Shown here: positions 1 through 14,814 of the stretch, one piece after another
How positions within the stretch are numbered: position 1 is the first letter of the stretch
Layout: every line of letters begins with the position of its first letter
Origin: Piromyces finnis finn
Lineage: Eukaryota; Fungi; Neocallimastigomycota
Direction: 5' to 3'
Length of the DNA stretch: 64,000 bases
Assembly (NCBI GenBank): GCA_002104945.1
Contig: MCFH01000009.1
Coordinates: 868,001-932,000 of the forward strand
Position numbers and translations under genes: made by a program
Notes under the pieces: model-generated
What the model was told of the DNA's origin: nothing
Database searches by the model: none
The model's input: only the letters and a program-made list of their open reading frames with translations

Positions 1-732
1 ATAAATTATGTTTTAATATATATTCTTATTTAAAACATTTTTTATTACTACTATAAGTCTTAAAGAAGATTTTAAGCAAAGGCATAATGAAAAAAAAAAA
101 ACAACAACAACCTTATTTTGTTTTTAATAACTAAATAGTGGATGAAATTATTTTTGAAATCATTTTTCATTTTGGTTAATTTTAGATTTTAAATTAATTT
201 GTCAACTTTAATTAATAAATTTTTAATTAATAGTTTTCCGAAAATTTTAATAAAAAGACTTCAATTTTTTTTTTTAAAATACTTTAATTATATTTTTATC
301 TTTTTATCTTTTATTATTTTTATAAAATTTTTAGTAGAAAAAGGAATATTTGCATGTTATTTAGCATAGAATATTAAGAAGCAATAATAATAACAACAAC
401 AGCAACAATAATAAAAGAAATTAAATAATAATTTAAATTATATTTGAAAAGGAAAATAAATTTGGCAAAAAGAATTATTTAAAGTTACTATACATTATTT
501 GTAATACCAAATTTATATAATTTAATTTATAATTATTATTTTAATCTTTATTATTATTATATAACCAATCTATGTATATATATTCTTAATTTCATTTATA
601 TTAAAATAATTGATAAAAAAAAAAAAAAAAAAAAATTAAAATCAACGTTATTTAGTTATATGTTAATAAAAAAGATTCAAAACTATCTATAAGTCAATAA
701 ATTATATTATTATATATTATTATATATGAAAA

Positions 733-2053
733 ATGTATAAACTAGAAGGTGAAAATAATAATGAACTTTCAAAAGCAAATTTTGAAGAGAAAAAGGAAGA
801 TATTAAAGAAGATATAATTGAAGAAATAACAGAAGCTGTAACAAAAGAAAAAACTCAAAAAACAAATATATTTACTTCCGAGTTTCATAGTAATACAGAA
901 ACAATAATTAAAAGTACAGTAGAAACAATACAACAATTTACTAATGGTAAACCATGATATATTTTATTTCATATATAAAGTATCATTAATATAATTAAAA
1001 ATTAAAATTTAATTTATTTATTATGATATTATTAATGAAAACTTTATTATTAATAGGAACAAATGTATATAGTGAAAATAGTAATGCACAAAAAATTACT
1101 AAAACAATAATTAGTAATAGAATAACAACCAATAATAATAATTATCTTACAAATTCACAAACTGATATATTAGAATTTAAAAGTAATAATAATGATCAAG
1201 GTTTTATAATCGATAATACAAATTCCTCATTACCTAGTTCTATAGTGGAAATTAAAAAAGTGCCAAAATCGTCAAGTCGGTTTTCAAGTTCTCAGGGATC
1301 GGTTCATTTGAGACAATCAGGTTCAATAGAGAACCAAATTACAAATGCTTTAGTAAATGAAGATTCAAAAAATAATATAGATAATGAAATTGATGAGACT
1401 AACAATAATTTTAATTCAGATGAAGCAAAGGATGTTATCGAAGAAAAAATCGAGGCTGTTAATACAGTGGATGATATTATATTATTTGATCAACAACACT
1501 CAAAGACATTAAAAGGTAGTTATTCAATGCCGAAGTTAAATGAAAATCAAATTATAGATGAAGATTTTGCAAAGTTAAACAACCGATCAAAGTCATCTCA
1601 AAGTTTCTTTAAATCTCAAAAAATCAATAATTCAAGTAATGACAATAGTATCATTATTATAGATAATGATAATACTAATTCTATGATAATTAGCAATAGT
1701 GGCAATCCTATAAATACTAACAAAAGTACAAATGATATTATAAACGTTGAAAATACTACTCTATTCTCTAAAGATACCAAAACTCCAAATAATGATAATA
1801 TTAATGAAATCTGTAAAAGTAATAGAAATAGTAAAAATGATATTAATGATGAGGATAATGAAGATTTTAATATTATTAGTAATAAAAATAAAAATAATCC
1901 CGAAACTTATCCGAAATCAGCCTCTCAAAAAATATTAACTTTATCTGATCTTTCCTTAAATTCTAGTTACGCAAAAATTAAGAGTTTTTCAGATACAAAT
2001 ATATTAACTTCTTCTCAATCAAAATACAATAAAAGTAACCAAAAAAATAATAG

Positions 2054-2094
<41 letters not shown>

Positions 2095-4528
2095 TTACTA
2101 TTAGTAGTAAAAATAGTAATAAAAAAAGTAGTAGGGACGGGAGAAACTATGGAAGTGTAAATACAATAAATAAAAATTTAGAAAAAGAAAAATATCAAAA
2201 ATCATCATCTAGAAGTTCACAAGAATCTTTTAAAGTTGATAAAAATAATAATGATAATGATATAATATATAATTTAAATAAAAATAAAATTGCTTATTTG
2301 AAAAATAATAAAGGTTATTAATAACGAATATTAATTTCATAATTAAATGTTATTTAAAAAAAATATATATCTATACCGTATTATATATAAAATATAATAA
2401 CAAATGAATATATAATATATATAATATAAAATAATAATAGGCTATGATGAAGAAATAAATGAACCTATAATTATTCATTCATCCAATAATTTTAATAGTA
2501 ATATAAACGATGATTCAAATATTACTATTGTTACCATCAAATTTGATCAAAACCAAGATACCCTTGATTTTTTGAATTCATTAGGTATATATTTCCTATA
2601 GATTAAAATTTTAATATTAAAAAAAATTTGATTCTAAATTATAATTTATTTATAAAATTTAAATAGAGGATAAAATAGATAAGAATATTTGTTATACAGA
2701 TTATTTAAATATTAATAGAGGAAACTTGTATGGCAAATGTACTATTCAGGTTAAAGAAGCTACGTTTAAAGGAATATCTTGCTATTATGTTAATAAAAAT
2801 ATAATTATCCATGATAAAGCCAATAATGGTTTATTATACCAATTAGATTATATATCCTATATATCCCCAAAATTAAAAACAATACACCAAAGTTTGAAAT
2901 TAAATGAAAATAATGGTGTTAATTATCATCAACATGCAAATTATGATTTTTCTAATAATTTAATGGTTATTGAACAGTATTATTATGAGAGTGCTACAAC
3001 CATAAAACAAAAATTTAATTGTGAACAATATTTAAGTGAAGGTAAAAAAAAAAAAATAAAAACAAAAACAAACAACAATATTATATATATATATATAAAT
3101 ATATAAATATTAAAAATTGATAAATTATTTATTATACTATAAATATAAAATAATTAAAGGTGCAATTGAAATTTTGAATAGACTAATTTTAAAAAATGAG
3201 GTTAAACCTCATAATTACAATTTCCTTACTTTTGTTAAAGGTATTATGTATCAATTAAATGTTTCCACCTTCCCAAATATTAATAAAGCATACTTCAAAG
3301 GAAAAAAAATACCATTCCCAATGATTAAAATTGAAAATGAAATTCTTCCTAGATCAGAAAGTAAAACGATATATGAAGAAGTTGATGCTTTTCGATTATA
3401 TTCAGACTTTCAAAAATTAGCCAAAAAAGACAATTCTAATAATGTATCGTCATCAATATTGAATAATAAAATGGAAACAAAAGAAGATAAAGAGGAATAT
3501 AAAAGTAATACTAGTATATTACCAGAATTATCTATTTCAAATAATCAACTTAATACAGGCGGCAATAAACAAAAATTAGTAACTGATTTGAAAAATGAAA
3601 CTAATGAAGGAACAATGTATTATGATAACAAATATGATTATACAAAACATCCCCATTTAAAACATAAATATACAAAGAGTACTAATGATATAATACCTAG
3701 TTCCTCATATTTAAATGATAGTAATATTAATGAAGAAGAAATGTCTGAAGGAATTATGCTAGGTGATTTAGATCTACCGAATTTTACCATATCTACTAGT
3801 CAAAATAATGTAATATTTGACCAACTTGGTAATCATCATACTAATGCTAATACTAATACTCTTTACAGTGATTATGACATTAATAGTTCACTTGGAAGTT
3901 GTAAATTGGTTGAAATACCAATGAATAATTCATTATCTATTGGCAATGTAACAGTCAATGACATTAATATGAAAAAGGGAAATATACCAATTCGTAAACT
4001 TGATTTAAAAAAAAGAAATGAGGAAGAGGATTGGTTATTTGACAATATATCATTAGAAACTAGAATATGTTGTCCAGTAAGAGGGTGTTTAATTATTGAA
4101 AATGACCCACTTCACCATCGATTTGAAAATAAAACAAAGTTAAAGGATATAGGTATAAAATATATATAAATAAAAATGAATATAGCTACAAATATTTTTT
4201 TTATTCTAATTTTATTTAATATTTATAATAGCTGTTCAAAAAAGTTTTCTTGATGAACAAGAAAATCTTTTTATCTATCGTGAATATAAAGTATGTATTA
4301 AATATTATTGAAAATGTTTTATATTACTATTTATTTTTTTTCCTCATTTTTATACATTACTTTTAATTATTTAAATGAATGTAGGATATCTATGTTAAAA
4401 AATATGATAAATATCTCAAATATCATGAATCCTTGAAACATATGCTACAAGATTTTATACATTCAATATTTATTAATAAGCCAAAAAATGTATATGATTT
4501 TACCAAAAATTATTTTTCCTATGATTAA
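733..4528 (+). CDS. CATIP: CATIP-like (ciliogenesis-associated TTC17-interacting protein) with long low-complexity N-terminal extension; about 7 exons
   Basis: The ORFs at 733, 1023, 2726 and 3117 join through GT-AG introns with compatible phases. The core 'TDYLNINRGNLYGKCTIQVKEATF...YLSEGAIEILNRLILK' and the spliced last exon (4385-4528) 'YDKYLKYHESLKHMLQDFIHSIFINKPKNVYDFTKNYF*' resemble the CATIP N-terminal domain and its C-terminal RIIa-like docking motif, compared from memory. Confidence 0.7.
2055..2093 (+). repeat. (AGT)13 coding microsatellite encoding poly-Ser
   Basis: Perfect AGT run inside ORF 1023..2321. Confidence 0.95.
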
Positions 4529-4794
4529 ATTACAATTAACTTTTCATTATTTAATAATATTAGCATTACTTATTTATTTATCTGTAATTTCTCGAGTTAG
4601 TTTTTTTTTTATTTTTTTTTATTTTAAAACCAACAACAGCAACAACAACCATTATATATTATTTTTAAAATTTTCATTTATTTTTCTTTTATATAATATC
4701 AATCAAAAAATGCATTAAAATTAAAATTTATTATAATGTTATACAAAATTAAAATTAAAAAAATTAATTATTTTAAATGTATCCTTCAAATAAA

Positions 4795-4801
4795 TCACGT
4801 G
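4795..4801. promoter_or_regulatory. E-box TCACGTG about 100 bp upstream of the PSMG3 start codon (putative bHLH site)
   Basis: The sequence taaaTCACGTGcaat lies in otherwise nearly GC-free DNA. Function is inferred only. Confidence 0.35.
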
Positions 4802-4901
4802 CAATGTAAATCTTTTTTAATAAATTAATTAAATTTTATTATTATTAATTTTTCTTTTTGATATTTGTTTTTTTTTTATAATAAAAGTGTAAGATATATA
4901 A

Positions 4902-5512
4902 ATGTTCCAAACAACAACAGATTTATATGACGATCCTACTTCTAAAGCCTTTCCAGTTGAAAGTAAACAAATAGCAATTGAAATAGAAAATTGTCATACT
5001 GAAATTATTATTAATGAATTTTCAGATAAACTTTTTATTGTTATAACGCAATTAAATAAAATTGGTAGCATGGTAATTATATAATATGATAATATAATGT
5101 ATTCAATAATTAAAAATAATAAAATAGTAAAATAGTAAAAAAAAAAAAAAAAAAAATAAAGAGAAAAAAAAAGTATATATATATTTAATTATTTTATAAT
5201 ATAAATATATTTATAAAAAAACAAACTATTACTATAAAATAGATGTTAGTTACAGCAGAGAATAACAGGATTAGTAACAATAAATTAATTAATGTTCAAT
5301 CCTTACTTGGTGCTTCAGATAATCAATTATATCAAACATTTGGTTCTTGTTTACTTCAAGAAATTCTACAAATAAGGCCAAATGAAAGAAGACCTTTATT
5401 ATTATCCCTCGCTTTAAGCAAAAAGATGTTTATTGGAGATTCTGAAGAATCAATTATGTTTATTCCCAATTTATTACCAGGAGTTTTGAAAGCAATAAAA
5501 ACTATATTATAA
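4902..5512 (+). CDS. PSMG3: Proteasome assembly chaperone 3 (PAC3/PSMG3); 2 exons
   Basis: Exon 1 'SKQIAIEIENCHTEIIINEFSDKLFIVITQLNKIGSM' ends at donor ATG|gtaatt and joins via acceptor aaatag to exon 2 'LINVQSLLGASDNQLYQTFGSCLLQEI...RPLLLSLAL'. This matches the PAC3 pattern (F...ILVVVTQFGKMG; LLG; LLLAVA). Confidence 0.85.
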
Positions 5513-5911
5513 AATATCAAATATATATATATATATTTTTTTTTTTTTCGCTATATATATTATTAATACGCCAATATAACATCCATAATAACAATAAAAT
5601 TAACTATATTTTTTTAAAAAAATAAAAAACCTCTACATATATACTTAATAATTTCGATATTTTTAAAGGATTCATAAGAAAAAGATACAGTAAAAAATCC
5701 CCCTTTTATTTTAAAGATATGCATATATACATTTATTTTCATTATTTTTAATAATAATTGTTGATTTGCATAATAATTATTTACATGAATTTTTATATTG
5801 TTTAATATTTCCAATTTTATACAATTTTAAATTGGGAATAGAAAGAATTATTAAGCATATTTTATTTTAATTACGAGAATTTTATAGACTTTGATATATG
5901 ATATGATTTTA

Positions 5912-6560
5912 TTAATTTCTTTTTTGTTGAATAACATAAATGAATGAATTATCCATAGTGATTTGGAGTGTATATGTCATATAAGAAACTATTTAAAAAT
6001 ATTTTAATTTATGTTTTTTTTTTATGATTTTTTAAATATTATTTTTAAAAATTATATATATTATATCACTTACTACAAAGTTTAATGAAACCACCATTAT
6101 TACCAGATTCTATTATTTTTTGTGAATCATTTAACATTTCGTATATTTGTTCAGCAATTTGATTTAAATTGACGAAATTATCTGTATACTTTATTTAATT
6201 CAAAAATAATAAAAATTAATAATAATTATTATTTTTTCTCCAATTGACTTCATTATTGTTGGATTATAATAATTCTTTTTGTTAATTAAATCATATTATA
6301 ATTATTACCACTAATACATCTCCCTCATGCGACATTAACATATAAATATCACAATTTGGAACTTTTTCTAGCATTTTTGTAGCTTGAATTACATCAGAAG
6401 ATTGATTAACAAATACCAATGTCTTATATATATGAATAATTAATAATATATAATTTTTGAAAGACATTAATATAAATTGTTAGAAAAAGGAATTCCATTC
6501 ATTTTAAATTACGAGCTTATTTTTATTATAAATTTATTAAATAAAGGCTTTTATTACCAT
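5912..6560 (-). CDS. LAMTOR4: Ragulator subunit LAMTOR4-like, 102 aa; 4 exons (6560-6558, 6422-6309, 6188-6074, 5988-5912); not in ORF track
   Basis: Manual splicing gives MTLVFVNQSSDVIQATKMLEKVPNCDIYMLMSHEGDVLVYTDNFVNLNQIAEQIYEMLNDSQKIIESGNNGGFIKLCISYMTYTLQITMDNSFIYVIQQKRN*. All introns are GT-AG. Length and roadblock-type pattern parallel LAMTOR4 (LERIPDQLGYLVL.EG.VL...N..Q.A..I...FKRLSV.F....L.VT......VV). Confidence 0.75.
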
Positions 6561-6905
6561 TTTGTATTATATAATTAATTTTTCTTTCGTTATTTATCTT
6601 TTATATTTAACCTTCATATAATTTTATAATATTTATATATATTTTAAAAGTTATGAAATATTTATTAAAACATTCATTCATATTTTAAATATAAATGTCA
6701 TGTGCAACGAATGATCTATATATTAAATGCTATCAATACATAAATTTAATTAAAGAATAATAAATTTTTTTTGATTCCAAAGTTTTGAAATATTTTTTTA
6801 TATATATATTTTTTAAAGAGATAGAATTAAATATTGAAATTATTTACCATAAAATCTCTAATTTAAATATAAATTATAACAAATAAAATAAATATAAAAA
6901 GAAAA

Positions 6906-7922
6906 ATGGCTTTAAACGAAGAAGCAATTAAAAGAGTATGTCATTTCCTATAATAAATTATTGTATAAATAAGAATTAAATGTATCATGAATTAGACCAT
7001 AGTTTAAAATGAATTATTTATAATTATTGTCTTTTTTTTTATTAGAAATAAAAAGAAACAATAAAATGATAAAAAAAAAAAAAAAAAAAAAAAAAAACTA
7101 AAATTATAAATTAATGATAAAATAATTTTCATTATTATATTTTAGTAATTAAAAATTTACTAAAGTAGCAATATATATATTTGTATAATAAGCATTGAAT
7201 TAAAAACGTAAAAGTACTTGAGATTATTAATCATAAAATGGGATAATCATTAAATTTTCAATTTTAATATATAGAATGTAAAACAAAAAAAGATTAGATT
7301 TCATTAAAAAATAAATCTATTTAATGAAAAAATAAAATTAACATTTATTAAAATATAAAATAATTAAAATCAAACGCAATTTATATAACTAACAAATATA
7401 TTTTTAAATTTTTGAAAGATCTTTCAAGAAATGCAAAATAAAAATCTTCAATACACTAGAGATTTAAATGGTGTTAAGTATCAAATCCAATCCAATGAAA
7501 GAGAACAAAAAATTTGTGAACTTGCTAATAGAGAACTTCTTAATTATGATGATAATACTATAGCTTATACTTCTGTCGGAAAAATGTAATTAAGTTGACT
7601 ATATTTTTTTTTTAATTTATGATATGTTTACATTTTTTTTTTTTAAAAAATAACAATTATTGAATTTTTTTGTTAAAGTTCAAATATACAATATATATTC
7701 ATTAATAAAATTATATAATAAATTTAAATATTAAATTTATTTTTTTCTATATTAATAAGGTTTGTTCAAGCTGATTTAAAGGATATACGCAAACAAAATG
7801 AAAAACAAATTGAAGAATATAAACAAGAGCATGATGATTTAAAGAAAAAAGAAAAGTATATAGAAAAGAATTTAACAGATTTACAAAATCATCTTAAGGA
7901 TATAATGCACAGCGCTCGATAA
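6906..7922 (+). CDS. PFD1: Prefoldin subunit 1; 3 exons; not in ORF track
   Basis: Spliced translation: MALNEEAIKR|IFQEMQNKNLQYTRDLNGVKYQIQSNEREQKICELANRELLNYDDNTIAYTSVGKM|FVQADLKDIRKQNEKQIEEYKQEHDDLKKKEKYIEKNLTDLQNHLKDIMHSAR*. It carries the beta-type prefoldin hairpin 'Y.SVGKMF' and canonical GT-AG introns. Confidence 0.9.
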
Positions 7923-8164
7923 ATGCAATTAGTTGGATTAATTAAATATTTTTTATTCAAATTTACTATTAATTTAAATAATAATGATATAATAAGAATC
8001 ATAAAAGAAGAAGAAGAAAAAAAACTTTTTCTTTTTTCATAAAAGCAAAAATAATTTTAAAAACAAGAAAAAAAAAAAAAAAAAGCAAAAACAAAAAACA
8101 AAAACAAAATTAAACAAAAATAAAAGAAATGCTTATAAAATTGCACCACGTAACAATATATATG

Positions 8165-8195
<31 letters not shown>

Positions 8196-10302
8196 TAAAG
8201 TGTTATTATTTTATATTCAGTTAAAGTGTAATTAATTATTAATTAGAGATTTAAATCTATAAGAAAGATTAAATTTAAATTTCTTTTAAAATATTAAATA
8301 TTTAGAATCAATTTATATGAATTTTTATATCGATATATTTAAAGACATTATCAATAATAATTTCTTTTCTTTTTTTTTTTTTTATAAAATTTCTTATTTT
8401 ATTTTACAATGATTTTATGATTTATTATGTAAAAATTTAATTATTATATAATTTTTATAAAGATGTATTTCATTATAGTAGGGTTAAATAACTATGAAAA
8501 TAAGTTGTGACACAAAAGTAGAATTATCATCTTTTTTCAATTTTTATAATAAATTATTTATAAATAGTATATTGAGTAAATATTAGAAAAAATAAGAGTA
8601 TTGATAATTGTAGTTGATTATTTAATAGTATATAGTGACAGTTGGAGATATATACGCCGTTTTTTTTTTTTTTCTTTTTTTTTTTTTTAAATATAAAACA
8701 GTTTTATGAAAAATTGAAATAGGATTAATAGAGAGTCGTTCTTACATATATTATATATAAGAATTACATGTCATCTATGTATGTAGATATACTTTTTTTT
8801 TTTTTTCATAAATTCATAATTATAAATAAATTAAAAAAACTACAAGTTTTTTTTATTTATTTATTAATAATTTATATATTTATAATATAATAATATACAT
8901 TATATACATTATATACATGATTATATATAAACAGTTATTTTTTATGCTAAATTAAACTTTTTTTAATTAAAACTCTTTATTATTATATATTATTTTAAAG
9001 TATATATATTTCAGTAATATAATAGTTTTAAAACTAAAGTGCATTTTTAGTGTAATTAAAATTATATTAGAGGGATGGTCCATTTTCCCATCACAATCCA
9101 TCACGTGACATTTATATCTCAATATTAATTTAAAGATAATTGTTTAGAATTAATTTAATAATATCAATATATTTATTAATAACGTATAATATATACAAAG
9201 TGAAGATGTTGCTATAATATTAATTCTACTATTTTATTACTATTTTATTACAACATTTATGTCAGTATCAATAATTTTGAAAAAAGTTTAATTACATCTT
9301 AACAATTATAAAATTTAGAAAATTATACAAAAAAAAAAACCCTTTTATTTTGAAATTAATTTTTACATTTTTTTATGTAAATAAGTTTTAAATTTTTTCA
9401 ATATAAATTTTAAAAAGATTAAAAAATTTAATAAAAAATTTAAATAAATAAAAAAATTTAATTTATTTTTTTTAAATATATTTTTTAATTTGTATATCTT
9501 TAAAATTTAAATATTTGGTAAAAAAAAAAAAAAAATAGACAGTAGGTTTTTTATTTATTAATTAGTTTTATTTTTTTAAAATTTAAAGCAAAAAAGTAAA
9601 AAGAAAAGTAGTATTTACTTTAAATATTATATAAATTATTTTATATTATAATATCTACTTATATTTATTTTTTTAAAAATATTATTATTAAATATAATAA
9701 AGATTGAGGTAATTAATAATTCTATAAAAGTTTATAATGCTATTTTTAAAATATTTGTCACTTTTATTCCTATTTTATTATTATTATTATTATTATTTTT
9801 TTTTTAAAAGAATAATAATAAATGAAAAGATTATATATAAAAAGAAAACTCTCTAGAAAAAGTTGAAAGTGATAATAAATGAAATAAGAAAATAAAAATA
9901 GTTAACTTAAAAATTATTAAAGAAAAATAATTTAATGAAGCAGGAACTTAAATTTAAAAAAAAAAGATATATAACTTTTAAATAAAGACTAATTATTTTA
10001 ATATAAAACTTTATATTCAAAGATAATAAAAACAATAATACAATAGAAATTTAAAATTATTTATATATATATATGTAAAATATAAATTTACATATAAAGT
10101 ATTAAATTGAAATTAACGTGTTAAACAAAGTATATATTTAACAAATAATAGTTAGAAGCAAGAGATCATATAATATATCCCTCTTTCTTTTTTTTTTTTT
10201 TAAAAAAAAGATCTTTAAATATAAGATAATATATAAGTAGTAATTAACAAAAATATAATTGATACATGTGAAAAAAAATAAATGCTAATATTTAATGATA
10301 TA

Positions 10303-10359
<57 letters not shown>

Positions 10360-10459
10360 CATAATAATAATAAACATAATAATAAACATAATAATAATAA
10401 ACATAATAATAATAAACATAATAATAAACATAATAATAATAATAATAATAATAATAAAC

Positions 10460-10506
<47 letters not shown>

Positions 10507-10545
10507 TAATAATTAATAATAATAACAACAACAATAATAATAATG
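10303..10545. repeat. Compound (AAT)n microsatellite with periodic AAACAT interruptions
   Basis: Directly visible. AAT runs flank 12-15 nt units of (AAT)2-3 plus AAACAT. It generates the spurious poly-N and poly-Y ORFs in the track. Confidence 0.95.
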
Positions 10546-10935
10546 ATAATTAATACTAATACTGAAACTAATAATATACTAATATTACTATTACAACTAT
10601 TAATAACAACAATAATATTAATAATAGTAACAATAACATAAGCAACTGATATATATATATTTATTTTAATATTTAAAGTAGAAGAATATTAGTAATTATA
10701 ATATATGCTTTTTTAAGTAAATTTGTCTTTATATATATGTTTTTGCTTATATATATATAATATGTTAATATGCTATTTTGAAAGAAATAGAAACTAAAAT
10801 TTATTACTTTTTTAAACTATTGAAATATAATTAATAAAGTCAATAAAATCTTAAAATTATTTATATATTAATTATATTAATTTAATAATATTTTATAGGG
10901 AATTTTATTTTTATATTAAATATAAAAAGAAATAA

Positions 10936-13161
<2,226 letters not shown>

Positions 13162-14012
13162 ATTTTAAATATCATCCCTAGCAAAAAATAAAAAGTAATA
13201 GCGACGAAAAAAAAAAAAAAACGAAAAAAATGTTTTTTTCTTTTTTTTTTTTTCTTTTTTTTCCAAATTTTAATAATAGAATGACATCATGGTAATAAAT
13301 TCCCATCATTATAAAGATAACAAGTATCTTTTGGATCTATATATCTCTTTTTTAACTCTACTTAATACACTAACATAAATACCTTTATTTTTTGTTTTTT
13401 TTTTTTTTTATAATTTTTTTCTTCTTCTTCTTCTTCTTATTATTTAAATTAAATTTTAAAAATATATTTTTTTATATAATAAAAACGACTACCATATATA
13501 AAAAATATGTAAAAGTTAAACTACCCATATTAATTTTCTCTTTAAAATTTTACATTTATATTCCTTTCCTTTTAAAATTATTAAATAGCAAATAAAATAT
13601 AAATATATTAAAAAAAAAAAAAATTAAAATTTATAATAGAAAATCAAGTTTAAAAAGATATACTTTTGAATTTTATATATATTTAAAATTGTTTTAATTT
13701 TATTTTTATTTTAAATATAAAAGTACCATAAAAATAAAATTTACAATAGAGTTTCAAATTATTTTGAATATTTGCTTTATTATTATTATTTTTTTTAAAT
13801 AAGATAGGAATATATTATTTTAGATAATTTTCATTTTCCCTTTTATCTCTATATTTTAAATTCTTTTGAAATATTTAATTATTTGAAATTATTTCCACTT
13901 AAAATTTTGATAATATTATTTTTCATTTATTTTTGTCAAATAATATATAGTTTTTATTATTCATACGGCTGTTTTTGGTGCATTAATGTATATTTAGGGA
14001 TTTTTTAATTTT

Positions 14013-14814
14013 TTATTGACTTTTTTCAATAGCGTGCATTTTTTCAATTCTACCAGTGTGTCTTCCACCTTCAAATGAAGTAGAAAGGAAAGTGTCAACC
14101 ATATCATAGGCAACAGATTCTTCAACAATTCTACCACCAATAGCAATGACGTTAGCATCATTGTGCTATTAAAATATGAATTATTATTGAGAATTTTTGT
14201 ATAAAAGTTAATAATAAACATTTTTATATATTTGAAATTTAATTAATTTTTTTTTTAAAATATTTACTTGTCTTGACATTTCAGCGGTGTAGTGGTCATG
14301 GCAGAGAGCACAACGAATACCGTTAACCTTGTTAGCAGACATAGAAATACCAATACCAGAACCGCAAACAACAATACCGTATTTGGTTTCTTTATTATTT
14401 TTTTTAAAAGAATGAATTATATTTATAATAATATTAATTAATTGTTACTAGCTTTTTTTAATAATAAAAATTAATGACATGTTAATTTTACCATATTCTC
14501 TTTTTGGATTTAAGTATTGAAGACAAACTTCCTTAGCAAAATCTGGGTAGTCACACTATATATTTATATTAATGTTAATTAATTTACTTATTAAGAATTG
14601 TAATGCTAATTTAATTATTTCATTAATTATTCTAAATATAGCTTACTCTTTCTTCGGCATGAACACCAACATCAATGAGATCCCAACCTTCCTTTTTCTT
14701 TAAGTATTCAACTAACTTAACTCTTAATTGATAACCAGCATGGTCGGAACCGATAACAAGAAGCTTCTTGTTGGATGGTTCTTCAACAACGTACTTTGCT
14801 AAAGGAGCTGCCAT
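14013..14814 (-). CDS. rpiB: Ribose-5-phosphate isomerase B (RpiB/LacAB family); 4 exons
   Basis: Spliced translation: ...[11 protein letters not shown]...DVGVHAEER|[10 protein letters not shown]...|...[37 protein letters not shown]|[43 protein letters not shown]. The RpiB motifs DHAG, DYP, CG(S/T)GIG, HNxAN and FEGGRH are all intact. Confidence 0.95.

Noticed and set aside
340-375. Possible RFX X-box upstream of the CATIP-like gene (gttatttagcatag)
   Set aside because: It lacks the terminal AAC half-site, and no matching element was seen upstream of CFAP43 or the WDR gene.
5614-5814. 66-aa minus-strand ORF between PSMG3 and LAMTOR4-like
   Set aside because: AT-rich convergent 3'-UTR sequence with no domain signal or exon-like composition.
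6189-6308. Apparent internal mini-exon 'SIGE' or non-canonical splice in the LAMTOR4-like gene
   Set aside because: No GT donor follows it. A single canonical 120-nt intron restores the frame and gives the expected LAMTOR4 spacing.
10292-10534. Poly-Tyr, poly-Ile and poly-Asn ORFs (also 46787-47071, 52389-52652, 52396-52611)
   Set aside because: They are translations of (AAT)n microsatellites in alternative frames or in introns.
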